The notes under the pieces were generated by a model. It did not search any database, was not told the DNA's origin, and saw nothing but the letters and a program-made list of their open reading frames with translations. From Pseudobdellovibrio sp. (lineage in GTDB: Bacteria > Bdellovibrionota > Bdellovibrionia > Bdellovibrionales > Bdellovibrionaceae): a DNA stretch of 35,262 bases. Both the position numbers and the translations under genes were made by a program. This document shows, one piece after another, positions 9,481 to 19,611 of the stretch. The stretch spans positions 1 to 35,262 of the forward strand of contig JBEBIK010000001.1 of assembly GCA_040080445.1 (NCBI GenBank), given 5' to 3'. Position 1 is the stretch's first letter. Each line of letters starts with the position of its first letter.

Positions 9481-10605
9481 ATGCACATCTACGATTATAT
9501 CATCATTGGAAGCGGCCTAACGGGTTTAACAATTGCCAAAAAAATCAGTCAAGAGACTGACAATGTATTAATTCTTGAAGCTCAAGAATTTACTGGCGGA
9601 ACAAATCATCCGGCAAAGTTAAATAATCAAAATATCAATAGCGGTTTGAGATTTTTTCCGGCTTCAGATGCAGCTAATAAAGCTCTGAGTTTTTTAGAAC
9701 AACTTCTTGGACAAGATCTAAAAACCACAACGGCTGAAAACAATATCGAAACCTATGAAGCCAGTGGTTTTAAAAAATTTATTGGTTTTGGCGAAAAGTC
9801 TCCAGAGTTTTACGAACAACTTTCTTATTTTTTAAACAAAGAAGAACAGCTTTTGTCTCAGAATCCATATCAATGGACTCAATTGCTTGCTGAACAGTTA
9901 AACGATAAAATTCAAACAAAATCTATTGTTACTCGTTTTGGTTTTGAAGCTTTAGATTCTGAAAATCCGAGATTAACTCACGTGATTGTTAACGGTAATA
10001 AACAGGTTTATGCACATAATTTTATATTTGCTGGTCCAGCTAAAGAGCTTGGTCTTTTAATTCCTGACGATGTTATGAATGTGCGTGCCAAAGCTAAGTT
10101 AAAAAAATCAACGGCCTGGCAAGGTGTTTGTGTTGATTTGTTTCATACGGCACAAATTGAAAAAACAAATCAGTTTTTATTAAACGGAACAACTGATGAT
10201 GAACTTGGTCCTTGTATTGGTCGCTTTTTAGCGCCAGTTGAAGGTGGACAGATTTCTCAGTGGATGAGCTTTATCGACTCTGAATCGGCTGAAGACACAG
10301 AAAACATAGCTTTAGTTTTGAAAAAAATTAAAAGACAAATTAAGCGCGCATTTCCTGAGGTGGGCGAATCAATTAAAAAAGAAAGAATCTCGGTTTCTCC
10401 CGTACTATCGGGTGCCGATCTTAAGTTAAATGCCAACGGAACTTTTCCGAAAGTGGCCAATTTATGGATTGGTTCAAGCCAAGTCAGCGCTTGCCAAAAT
10501 TTATTAGGCTCGCTGATGCAAGCCCAATTCGTGTTAAGTTCTTTAGGGTTTATTCCTATAGCCCCACAAGCAATAATAGATACTGAATCATCGCTACAAG
10601 TCTAA
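9481..10605 (+). CDS. FAD/NAD(P)-binding oxidoreductase
   Basis: N-terminal dinucleotide-binding motif YDYIIIGSGLTGL...ILE....GG. Confidence 0.75.
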   Translation: MHIYDYIIIGSGLTGLTIAKKISQETDNVLILEAQEFTGGTNHPAKLNNQNINSGLRFFPASDAANKALSFLEQLLGQDLKTTTAENNIETYEASGFKKFIGFGEKSPEFYEQLSYFLNKEEQLLSQNPYQWTQLLAEQLNDKIQTKSIVTRFGFEALDSENPRLTHVIVNGNKQVYAHNFIFAGPAKELGLLIPDDVMNVRAKAKLKKSTAWQGVCVDLFHTAQIEKTNQFLLNGTTDDELGPCIGRFLAPVEGGQISQWMSFIDSESAEDTENIALVLKKIKRQIKRAFPEVGESIKKERISVSPVLSGADLKLNANGTFPKVANLWIGSSQVSACQNLLGSLMQAQFVLSSLGFIPIAPQAIIDTESSLQV

Positions 10606-10944
10606 AAAGTCCTTCATAGCCAATCGTACTAATTGCTGGAGCCCCTCTGAAACGGGGCCTAAATCTTTTTTTATTAAACTAACATCCCAAGCCAAAAGCT
10701 GATTAATTAATAAATCACTCTCTTTGTCTAACCCACAAGTTCCTTTTTTCAACCTAACTCTCAGAGGAAACACATCTTGATCAATAACATTTGTGGTGAG
10801 CGGTATCATCATTGCGGACTTCAATCCTGATTCGCAAAAAATTGTGGGCTGTACGCAAAGGCATGGTCTTTGTTTTCCAGGTTTTGTTCCAACTCTAGGA
10901 TCTAAATCAATAATGTAAATGTGGCCAAATTTTGGTAAAATCAT
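10594..10944 (-). CDS. Type II TA toxin, PemK/MazF family endoribonuclease
   Basis: G.IY.IDLDP..G.KPGKQRP.L.VQ, IPLTT, and terminal DLG...L. Confidence 0.88.
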   Translation of the reverse strand: MILPKFGHIYIIDLDPRVGTKPGKQRPCLCVQPTIFCESGLKSAMMIPLTTNVIDQDVFPLRVRLKKGTCGLDKESDLLINQLLAWDVSLIKKDLGPVSEGLQQLVRLAMKDFLDL

Positions 10945-11180
10945 GGTAAATCTTTAAATCTATCTTTTGTTTGAAACTCCTTAAGAATTTCAAGATCCGC
11001 ATCACCTACTATTTTTGCAACCTTAGCCCAGCGTTGAATTTTTTGTTTTTTCACTAATTCGGATTCCAAAACATTTAACGCCATTCTTACAACCTCAATT
11101 TTAGTTTTTAAGCCTGTTTTCTTTTTAAGATCTTCAATTTTAAGATCGTCCTCAATTTGAATGGTAAACGGCTTTCCCAT
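10941..11180 (-). CDS. Putative antitoxin (ribbon-helix-helix-like)
   Basis: 79-aa ORF with a 4-nt overlap upstream of the toxin. FTIQI beta strand followed by two helices (TKIEVVRMAL). Confidence 0.75.
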   Translation of the reverse strand: MGKPFTIQIEDDLKIEDLKKKTGLKTKIEVVRMALNVLESELVKKQKIQRWAKVAKIVGDADLEILKEFQTKDRFKDLP

Positions 11181-11188
11181 AGAACCCC

Positions 11189-11220
11189 TTTAGTGATATA
11201 TTAGTTAATATATCACTAAA
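11189..11220. promoter_or_regulatory. Perfect 15-bp inverted repeat, probable TA autoregulatory operator
   Basis: TTTAGTGATATATTA-GT-TAATATATCACTAAA, 8 nt upstream of the antitoxin start. Confidence 0.8.
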
Positions 11221-11427
11221 TATACTAAAAAACAAAGCCTGCGGCCAAATCAAATGTATTAGACATGGGTTTGCAAATTAGGCCCCAAACCAATTATATT
11301 CCTATTAATTTTTGAGGTTCGAACATCGGATTTTTCTCAATGAAAAAGTGCCAGCTACCTTGGTGTTTTTTTCAGTCTAGAAATCCTTGCCTGGGTATAG
11401 TCACTATGTTATTCAGTTCTCCACTAT

Positions 11428-11550
11428 AACACACGAATGGGTAATTAACTGGTCTCATTGCTGATGCTTTAAGCATTTTAAGTGATGAGCTTTCTCGGCC
11501 TACAGCGCGCACCTTGCGCGCGACCGAGCTCTGTCATTCGGAGGAAAAAC
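11428..11550 (+). promoter_or_regulatory. rpsB (S2) leader RNA, putative autoregulatory structure
   Basis: ACACACG...GGAGG flanks with a CGAATG/CATTCG closing stem and internal hairpins (GCGCGCA..TGCGCGC; GAGCT..AGCTC) in the rpsB 5' UTR. Confidence 0.65.
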
Positions 11551-11568
11551 TAGTAAGAAAGAGGCAAC

Positions 11569-12513
11569 ATGGCACAAGTTACCATGAAAGAAATGTTAGA
11601 CGCTGGAGTTCACTTTGGACACCAAACACAAAGATGGAATCCGAAAATGAAACCTTATGTTTTCGCTGCTCGTGGCGGAATTCATATTATCGATCTACAA
11701 AAAACTGTAGTTCGCGCTAACCAAGCTGCAGATTTCGTAAAAGAAATCGCTTCTCAAGGTGGTTCTGCAATTTTCGTTGGAACAAAAAAACAAGCTATCG
11801 AGCCTGTTCAAGAAGCTGCAAAAAAATGCGGTCAATATTTTGTTACTAAACGTTGGTTAGGCGGAATGTTAACTAATTTCGAAACTATCAAAGCTTCTAT
11901 CGATCGTTTACGTAAAATCGAAACAATGAAAGAAAAAGGCGACTACAATTTATTAACTAAAAAAGAGCGCGCTGGTCTTGATAACGAATCTATTCGTTTA
12001 ACTGAATACCTTGAAGGTATCAAAGACATGAAGACTCTTCCTAAAGTTATGTTCGTAGTAGACATGCCTAAAGAGCACATCGCTATTGCAGAAGCTAAAA
12101 AATTAGGAATCAAAGTTGTAGCTATCGCTGATACAAATTCTGATCCTGAAACTGTTGATTACCCAATTCCAGGTAATGACGATGCTATCCGCGCTATCAA
12201 ATTATTTTCTAACTTAGTTGCAGATTCTTTCATTGAAGGCGCTAAAGTTTGGGAACAAAAATTAAGAACTCAAACTGACAAAGGTTCTGATTTAGCTAAA
12301 GAAAAAATGGGCGATGACGCTCCAGCAAGAGACAATCGTGCTCCAGCTCGTGGTGCTCGTGGTCCTAGACCAGAGGCAGCTAAACCTGCAGGTCCTACAG
12401 TTGTTAAAGCTAACAAAACAAGAAAACTTGTTGCTGCTGGTACAGCTGATTTAGTTGAAATCGAAGCTGAATTAAATGAAACAAAAGAAACTAAAGACGA
12501 CTCAGCTGAGTAG
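11569..12513 (+). CDS. rpsB: 30S ribosomal protein S2 with long C-terminal extension
   Basis: AGVHFGHQT.RWNPKM, RWLGGMLTN and PGNDDAIR. Confidence 0.99.
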   Translation: MAQVTMKEMLDAGVHFGHQTQRWNPKMKPYVFAARGGIHIIDLQKTVVRANQAADFVKEIASQGGSAIFVGTKKQAIEPVQEAAKKCGQYFVTKRWLGGMLTNFETIKASIDRLRKIETMKEKGDYNLLTKKERAGLDNESIRLTEYLEGIKDMKTLPKVMFVVDMPKEHIAIAEAKKLGIKVVAIADTNSDPETVDYPIPGNDDAIRAIKLFSNLVADSFIEGAKVWEQKLRTQTDKGSDLAKEKMGDDAPARDNRAPARGARGPRPEAAKPAGPTVVKANKTRKLVAAGTADLVEIEAELNETKETKDDSAE

Positions 12514-12564
12514 TTTTCGTTTTGTTTCCTTTTAAAAAATATTATTAAAAAAATAATTAAAAAC

Positions 12565-12587
12565 TTCCTGCCCATTACGGGCGGGAA
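12565..12587 (+). other. Intercistronic hairpin between rpsB and tsf
   Basis: TTCCTGCCC-ATTAC-GGGCGGGAA with no U tract. Confidence 0.5.
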
Positions 12588-12607
12588 TCTACTTACAGGG
12601 GATTTTT

Positions 12608-13501
12608 ATGTCTATCTCTGCTACAATGGTTAAAGAATTACGCGAAAAAACAAGTGCTGGTATGATGGATTGCAAAAAAGCTTTAGAAGAATCTAAAGGC
12701 GATTTTGAAGCCGCAGTTGAATGGTTAAGAATTAAAGGTTTATCTGCAGCAGCTAAAAAAGCTGACCGTGTTGCAGCTGAAGGTTTAGTAAACGCAGCTA
12801 ACAATGGTAAAACAGGCGCAGTAGTTGAAATCAACTCTGAAACAGACTTTGCTTCTCGTAATGATAAATTCAAAGAATTAGTTAACAACATCACTCAACT
12901 TGTTTTAACTTCGGCTTCAGTAGACCAAACAAAAGTTGACGAAATGCTTAAGACGGCTATTGCAACTATCGGCGAAAACATGGTTTTCCGTCGTTCTGAA
13001 AAGTATACAGTTCAAGGTGAAGGCTTAGTTCACACTTACGTTCATGGCGAAGGCAAAATTGGCGTTATGGTTGAAATCGGTGCGGCTTCTGCAACTGCAG
13101 CAGCATCTCCTGAAGCTAAAACTTTAGCAGCTGATGTTTGTATGCATATTGCAGCAATGAACCCAATGGCATTATCTCAAGATCAGATGGATGCTACTGT
13201 TGTTGCAAAAGAAAAAGAAATCTTAAAACAAAAAGCTTTAGAATCAGGTAAAAAACCTGAAATGTTAGATAAAATCACTGAAGGTCAAATTCGTAAGTTC
13301 TTGGCTGAAAACTGTTTATTAGATCAAAATTTCGTTAAAAACCCTGATTTAACAATCGCGGCTTGGGCGAAAGAATGTTCTAAAAAAGCTGGTGGCGACT
13401 TGACGGTTAAACGTTTTGTTCGTTTCGAACTTGGCGCCGGAATCGAGAAAAAAGTTGTCGATTTTGCAGCGGAAGTTGCCGCTCAAACACAAAATCACTA
13501 G
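12608..13501 (+). CDS. tsf: Elongation factor Ts
   Basis: VKELREKT.AGMMDCKKAL and ETDF motif. Confidence 0.99.
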   Translation: MSISATMVKELREKTSAGMMDCKKALEESKGDFEAAVEWLRIKGLSAAAKKADRVAAEGLVNAANNGKTGAVVEINSETDFASRNDKFKELVNNITQLVLTSASVDQTKVDEMLKTAIATIGENMVFRRSEKYTVQGEGLVHTYVHGEGKIGVMVEIGAASATAAASPEAKTLAADVCMHIAAMNPMALSQDQMDATVVAKEKEILKQKALESGKKPEMLDKITEGQIRKFLAENCLLDQNFVKNPDLTIAAWAKECSKKAGGDLTVKRFVRFELGAGIEKKVVDFAAEVAAQTQNH

Positions 13502-13509
13502 TTACTTAG

Positions 13510-13535
13510 AGCCGGTTGAAAAACCGGCTTTTTTT
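13510..13535 (+). terminator. Intrinsic terminator after tsf
   Basis: AGCCGGTT-GAAA-AACCGGCT followed by a T tract. Confidence 0.9.
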
Positions 13536-13556
13536 ATTCCGATACCCAACCTCTAA

Positions 13557-14285
<729 letters not shown>

Positions 14286-14319
14286 GTAGATACTAGAGCA
14301 GTCTTGAAGGAGAAAAACC

Positions 14320-14877
14320 ATGTTAGAACAAGTAAAAACAAACGCTAAAGCAAAAATGGAAAAAGTTGTAGTTAGCTTAGGCGAAGAACTTAAAAAAGTA
14401 CGTACTGGTAAAGCACAGGTCTCTATGCTCGATTCAGTTCGTATTAATTACTACGGACAACAAGCTCCACTTAACCAAGTAGCTTCTGTTTCAACTCCAG
14501 ATGCAAAAACCTTCTTAATCGCACCTTGGGAAAGTTCAGTTTTAAAAGAAATTGAACAAGCTCTTGTAAAATCAGATATCGGTATGGCTCCAATTAATGA
14601 CGGTAAAGTTATTCGTTTAAAAGTACCTGATTTAACAGAAGAGCGTCGTAAAGACTTAGCAAAACAAGTTAAAAAAATCGTTGAAGAGTCACGCGTAGCG
14701 GTTCGTTTAGTTCGCCGTGATGCTAACGAAGAAGTAAAAAAAGCCTTCAAAGATAAACTGATTAGCGAAGACGAATCAAAAAAAGGTGAAGCAGACGTTC
14801 AGAAAATCACTGACGACTTTATTAAAAAAGTTGATGTAATTGCTGAAGAAAAAGAAAAATCTATCCTTACTATCTAG
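14320..14877 (+). CDS. frr: Ribosome recycling factor
   Basis: RTG.A, LTEERRKDL and VR..RRD. Confidence 0.98.
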   Translation: MLEQVKTNAKAKMEKVVVSLGEELKKVRTGKAQVSMLDSVRINYYGQQAPLNQVASVSTPDAKTFLIAPWESSVLKEIEQALVKSDIGMAPINDGKVIRLKVPDLTEERRKDLAKQVKKIVEESRVAVRLVRRDANEEVKKAFKDKLISEDESKKGEADVQKITDDFIKKVDVIAEEKEKSILTI

Positions 14878-14891
14878 TAAGGAATTTAAAG

Positions 14892-15620
14892 ATGTTAAAA
14901 AAATTGCAGCATGTAGCAATTATTATGGACGGAAATGGACGCTGGGCTCAGCTTCGAGACAAGCCTCGCACTTTTGGCCATATTAAAGGAGCGCGTGTTG
15001 CAAAAAAAATTATTACCCAAGCTTCAGATATGGGTCTTAAAAATTTAACAATGTACGCTTTCAGTTCTGAAAATTGGTTGCGACCTCAAACTGAGGTTAA
15101 ATTCTTAATGACTCTCTTGAGTCGTTACCTCAAAAAAGAATCTGCTAACTTACATAAAAAAAATATTCGTTTTAATGTTATCGGCGAAGTGAGTAAATTA
15201 CCTGCTGAAATTCAAAAAGCCATCGCTACTACAAAAGAACTTACAAAAAACAATACAGGTTTAAATCTGTCTTTTGCTTTAAGCTACGGATCGCGCCAAG
15301 AACTCATTTTAGCAGCACAAGCCTTGGCCACTAAAGTAAAAAAAGGCGAATTAGCTGTTGAGCAAATAAACGAAAAAAGTTTATCCGATTGTTTAATGAC
15401 TTCTGGTACTCCAGATCCAGATCTAATCATCCGCACCAGCGGCGAATCACGCCTTTCAAATTTTTTAATGTGGCAAGCTTCCTACAGCGAACTTTTTTTC
15501 AGCCCAATTTTATGGCCCGATTACACGGCTAAAGATTTTAATACTGCAATTCAGTACTACATGGGCCGAGACCGTCGCTTCGGAAAGGTTCTTTCAAAAA
15601 ATGAAGAATCTTTTATCTAG
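14892..15620 (+). CDS. uppS: Undecaprenyl diphosphate synthase
   Basis: HVAIIMDGNGRWA, FSSENW.RP and RTSGE.RLSNF. Confidence 0.97.
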   Translation: MLKKLQHVAIIMDGNGRWAQLRDKPRTFGHIKGARVAKKIITQASDMGLKNLTMYAFSSENWLRPQTEVKFLMTLLSRYLKKESANLHKKNIRFNVIGEVSKLPAEIQKAIATTKELTKNNTGLNLSFALSYGSRQELILAAQALATKVKKGELAVEQINEKSLSDCLMTSGTPDPDLIIRTSGESRLSNFLMWQASYSELFFSPILWPDYTAKDFNTAIQYYMGRDRRFGKVLSKNEESFI

Positions 15621-16419
15621 AGCTTTTTCGGCTGCAGTCGCCCTTATTATATTATTTTTAGTTATTTACTATGGTCATGAAACTGGAATTTATGTTTTAT
15701 GTTTATTCGTTGTTGTGCGTGGAGCTTTTGAAGCGGCACGTATGTTATTCTCGAATCATTATCCAAAGTTTGTTAAAAGACTTTTTGTAGCTATAACCAC
15801 GGCTCTATTTTTATTAATTACTCAAGAGCAACTTAAATACATTGCTAACTTTGCTTTAATTTCAAGTTTTGTATTAGTAGCGAGTTTTGGTGTTTTATTT
15901 CACAAGACTTTTAAAGATTTAGACCAAATTCAAACTTTTGTAGCTAAAAACTGTTTAGGCTTAGTTTACATATGCTTTTTACCAGCCACCGTTGTTTGGA
16001 CTAGCCAAACCAATAATGGTATCGAATGGTTTTTCTGCTTACTCTCAGTAGTTTTTGCAGGAGATATCGGCGCCTATATTTTTGGAGTTACCATGGGTAA
16101 AACTAAAATTGCTCCAGATCTTTCGCCTAAAAAAAGTGTTCAAGGCGCAATTGGTGGCTTACTCTTTTCTTTATTAGCTGCATTAGCTTTTAAAAACTTT
16201 ATTCCGAGTACACCTTACCATATCTTAGCTATCTGCGGTTTATTTGGCGGCTTGCTTGGCCAAGTAGGCGATTTCTTCGAATCACTTATTAAACGAGTTT
16301 CTGGGGTTAAAGATTCGGGTTCGATTATGCCTGGTCATGGCGGCGTGTTAGACCGGCTCGACGGAGTTTTGTTTGCAGCTCCTCTATTCTATTTTATCGC
16401 TACTTATTTCTCATTATAA
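15601..16419 (+). CDS. cdsA: Phosphatidate cytidylyltransferase
   Basis: SPKKS.QG and GDFFES.IKR..GVKDSG..MPGHGGVLDRLD. Confidence 0.96.
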   Translation: MKNLLSRAFSAAVALIILFLVIYYGHETGIYVLCLFVVVRGAFEAARMLFSNHYPKFVKRLFVAITTALFLLITQEQLKYIANFALISSFVLVASFGVLFHKTFKDLDQIQTFVAKNCLGLVYICFLPATVVWTSQTNNGIEWFFCLLSVVFAGDIGAYIFGVTMGKTKIAPDLSPKKSVQGAIGGLLFSLLAALAFKNFIPSTPYHILAICGLFGGLLGQVGDFFESLIKRVSGVKDSGSIMPGHGGVLDRLDGVLFAAPLFYFIATYFSL

Positions 16420-16516
16420 GACCAATTTAAGTTCCAGACCTAAGACTCGTCGTGATTCAACAAGTTAAACACAGCTTGTCTGGACGATTTATTTAAAGAG
16501 TTTAAAATAAAAGACT

Positions 16517-18196
16517 ATGACAAATCTATTTGCACTTCTAGGCACACTTTATTCAAACATCGTTCCCTTTGTAATTTTACTTGGGATATTAATTTTTGTA
16601 CACGAACTCGGACACTTTTTAGTGGCTAGAGCTTGCGGTGTACGCGTCGAAGTTTTTTCTCTTGGCTTCGGAAAAAAATTACTCAGTATAAAAAGAGGCG
16701 ACACCACTTATTGCGTTTCTTTAGTTCCGCTGGGTGGCTACGTAAAAATGTTTGGTGAACTCGGCAGCGACGCCATCAAAACCGATGCAGATAAGTTAGT
16801 TTCTTATTCTCATAAAACCCCATGGCAAAGAATTGCTATCGTACTTGCTGGTCCCTTAATGAATTTCTTTTTTGCTGTTCTCGTATTTGGCGGTATAGCT
16901 CACTTTGGCGAACAAACTCGTGCTGCGGTGATTGCCGATGTTGCCCAGTCTTCTCCTGCTGAACAAATGGGTTTAACTGCTGGAGATAAAATTTTAGAAG
17001 TAAATTCTGTGCCAGTACGAAGTTATGAAGAGTTTCAAAAGAATTTAAATAAATTTAAAGGGTCAACTGTGAGTGCGTTAGTAGCTGACTCACAAGGTTC
17101 GCAAAAAACTATTAGCTTAAATGTATCAATTGTTGATAATCCTAATATTTTTTCATTAGACAACAAACTCGGGCAAATCGAAGGTATTTTACCTTACGCC
17201 AAAAGCGCCACTATTGCGGTTTTAGTTGACACCCCAGCATATAAAATTGGTTTTAGAACTGGCGATGAAATAACTGAAATTAACTCTCAAAAAATTATTC
17301 GCTTAACTCAACTTGATTCAGCAATTCTTAACACCACAACTGATTTAATTGTAAAGCTTGATAGGCCCGCTAATGAAGCTAATTTAGAAAAGCCTGTTAA
17401 AACAAGTTTAAGCCTTACAATACCTGTGGCCGCTCTTAAAAATATTAAACAATTAGAAAAATTTGGTTTTGATAATACTGAGCTTTACTTAGATCAAGTA
17501 GTTAAAGACTCTCCTGCGGCTATCGCCGACTTAAATAAATTTGATAAAATGGTTTCTATTAACTCTAAGCCTATTAAAAAATGGGAAGACATTTCTGAAA
17601 CCATTAAATCTTTTGATGGCAAAGAAGCTATGATTTTTGTTATTAATCGCGATGGCGCAGAGGTTATTAAAAAAATTACTCCAAAAGTAACCGAGCTCAC
17701 TAATGCTTTCGGCGGAATTGATAAGCGCTTTACCGTTGGTATTACTCCGCTTCTCTCTTTTGCTAATCCTGAAATTGTTGTTGTTAAGTCTGATTCATTA
17801 GTTGCTTCAGTAGAAAAAGGCTTTAACCGAACTATTGATATTTCTGTTATGACAGTTATGTCTTTCGTTAAGTTATTTCAAGGTCAAGTGTCAGTAAAAA
17901 ATGTAGGTGGAATGATTTCTATAGGCAAGGCAGCTAAAGACTCTTACGCAAATGGTGGACAAGAGTTTTTTATGACTATGGGTATTTTATCTGTGAGTCT
18001 GTTTATTATGAACTTGCTACCTATTCCTGTACTTGATGGCGGACATCTTGTGTTTTACACCATCGAATTAATTAAAGGTTCGCCTCTAAGTCTTCGCAAA
18101 ATGGAAATTGCTCAACAAGTTGGGTTTGTTCTGTTATTAGGTCTTATGATTTTAGCGCAATTCAACGATATCGTAAGATTTTTATTTAAATCATGA
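16517..18196 (+). CDS. rseP: RIP metalloprotease RseP with an expanded PDZ region
   Basis: HELGH, PLGGYVKM and NLLPIPVLDGGH; three PDZ-like segments. Confidence 0.95.
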   Translation: MTNLFALLGTLYSNIVPFVILLGILIFVHELGHFLVARACGVRVEVFSLGFGKKLLSIKRGDTTYCVSLVPLGGYVKMFGELGSDAIKTDADKLVSYSHKTPWQRIAIVLAGPLMNFFFAVLVFGGIAHFGEQTRAAVIADVAQSSPAEQMGLTAGDKILEVNSVPVRSYEEFQKNLNKFKGSTVSALVADSQGSQKTISLNVSIVDNPNIFSLDNKLGQIEGILPYAKSATIAVLVDTPAYKIGFRTGDEITEINSQKIIRLTQLDSAILNTTTDLIVKLDRPANEANLEKPVKTSLSLTIPVAALKNIKQLEKFGFDNTELYLDQVVKDSPAAIADLNKFDKMVSINSKPIKKWEDISETIKSFDGKEAMIFVINRDGAEVIKKITPKVTELTNAFGGIDKRFTVGITPLLSFANPEIVVVKSDSLVASVEKGFNRTIDISVMTVMSFVKLFQGQVSVKNVGGMISIGKAAKDSYANGGQEFFMTMGILSVSLFIMNLLPIPVLDGGHLVFYTIELIKGSPLSLRKMEIAQQVGFVLLLGLMILAQFNDIVRFLFKS

Positions 18197-18909
18197 TTAT
18201 ACTCGCCTCAGAAACCAGTACTCTTCTTGGCAGTGTGGCCGTCGTCGAAAACGGGCAAGTTATTGCAACAGAAGAGTCTATGCGCCAAGGCTCACATTCA
18301 GATGTATTAAATGTCTTTATTGAAAAAGCTCTTTTAAAAGCTCAAAAAAAACTAAGCGATGTAGATTTATTCGTAAGTGGAATTGGCCCTGGTAGTTTTA
18401 CGGGTATCAGAGTTAGCGTAAATACCATTAAAAGCCTTGCTTACTGCTTTAATAAACCTGTTCTTGGCATTAACTCTCTGTCTTCATTGGCCTACCAGGC
18501 GCAAGTCTTTGAAAAGCATCTTGAGTTTGAAAAAACTCAAGTAATATCAATGATTAATGCTTATAAAAATATGGTTTATGTTGCAACTTATAGACCCCAA
18601 AATGGAGCTCTCATAGAGCTTAAAAAACCCGAAGTCGTGCGCGTTCAAGAGTTACCTAATTACATCAACGAAAGATCTATTATTTGCGGCGATGGCTTCT
18701 TGGCTTATGAAAAATATTTTAGCGAAAATCTAAAGAAAAATATGATTCGAATAGATGGTATTTCTGATGAGTCACACGCGCAAAGTTTGGCCCAGTTAGC
18801 TTTAAAAAACTCTGGGCTACAGAAATGGAATGAGCTTGTGCCCCTTTACTTGCGGGCTTCAGAGGCCGAAGAGAATTTACAAGGCATCAAATACCAGCCG
18901 CTAATTTAA
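18193..18909 (+). CDS. tsaB: t6A tRNA modification protein TsaB
   Basis: GPGSFTGIRV and P.YLR.SEAE. Confidence 0.93.
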   Translation: MIILASETSTLLGSVAVVENGQVIATEESMRQGSHSDVLNVFIEKALLKAQKKLSDVDLFVSGIGPGSFTGIRVSVNTIKSLAYCFNKPVLGINSLSSLAYQAQVFEKHLEFEKTQVISMINAYKNMVYVATYRPQNGALIELKKPEVVRVQELPNYINERSIICGDGFLAYEKYFSENLKKNMIRIDGISDESHAQSLAQLALKNSGLQKWNELVPLYLRASEAEENLQGIKYQPLI

Positions 18910-18966
18910 GCAATGTTTCAATATTAAGTTGCCTCTGTTGTAAAAGACGTCTTAACATTGAAATAG

Positions 18967-19611
18967 ATGAACACAGAAAATAGACATAACTACTACGAAA
19001 TCCTAGAACTTAACGAAAACGCGACACAGCAAGAAATTCATATGGCTTATTCAAAAGCTAAAATGACATATTCGGCTGAAAACAAAGCATTACATTCAAT
19101 TTTTAGTGCCGAAGAAGCTAGCGAGTTAAGAACTTTAGTAGAAGAAGCCTATGAAGTTCTCAGCAACAATACTTATAGAAATATTTACGAAAAAAGAATG
19201 TTGGCCAATACATTTACTGAAGATGACCTCAGCATTGAAGCCATTAAAACAGCCAGCGCAAATTTATTTGAACGCGCCACTCCACCGGTATTTATTGAAT
19301 CTACTCCCGCAGAAAACATGCCAGCAAAAGATTTAGATTTTGAAAATGAAATGGCTAATAAAAAAGACTGGTCAGGAGCCGATTTAAAAAAGGTTAGAGA
19401 ATATCGTGACCTTTCGTTTGATGAGTTAACTGATATTACTAAAATCAATCCTTGGTATATTGCAGCCCTTGAAGAAATGGATCCTGCAAACCTTCCAGTT
19501 GAAGTTTTCGTAAGAGGCTATGTCATGCAAATTTCAAAAGCTTTAGGGCTTAAAGATAAAATCGTGGCTGACTCTTACATGCGCCTGTTCAGAAAAAAGA
19601 TTGAAAACTAG
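18967..19611 (+). CDS. J-like domain fused to RodZ-type helix-turn-helix
   Basis: NYYEILEL...ATQQEI..AY...EAYEVLS (J domain without HPD). C-terminal LKKVRE...TKI...YI.ALE...LP..VFVRGY. Confidence 0.8.
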   Translation: MNTENRHNYYEILELNENATQQEIHMAYSKAKMTYSAENKALHSIFSAEEASELRTLVEEAYEVLSNNTYRNIYEKRMLANTFTEDDLSIEAIKTASANLFERATPPVFIESTPAENMPAKDLDFENEMANKKDWSGADLKKVREYRDLSFDELTDITKINPWYIAALEEMDPANLPVEVFVRGYVMQISKALGLKDKIVADSYMRLFRKKIEN

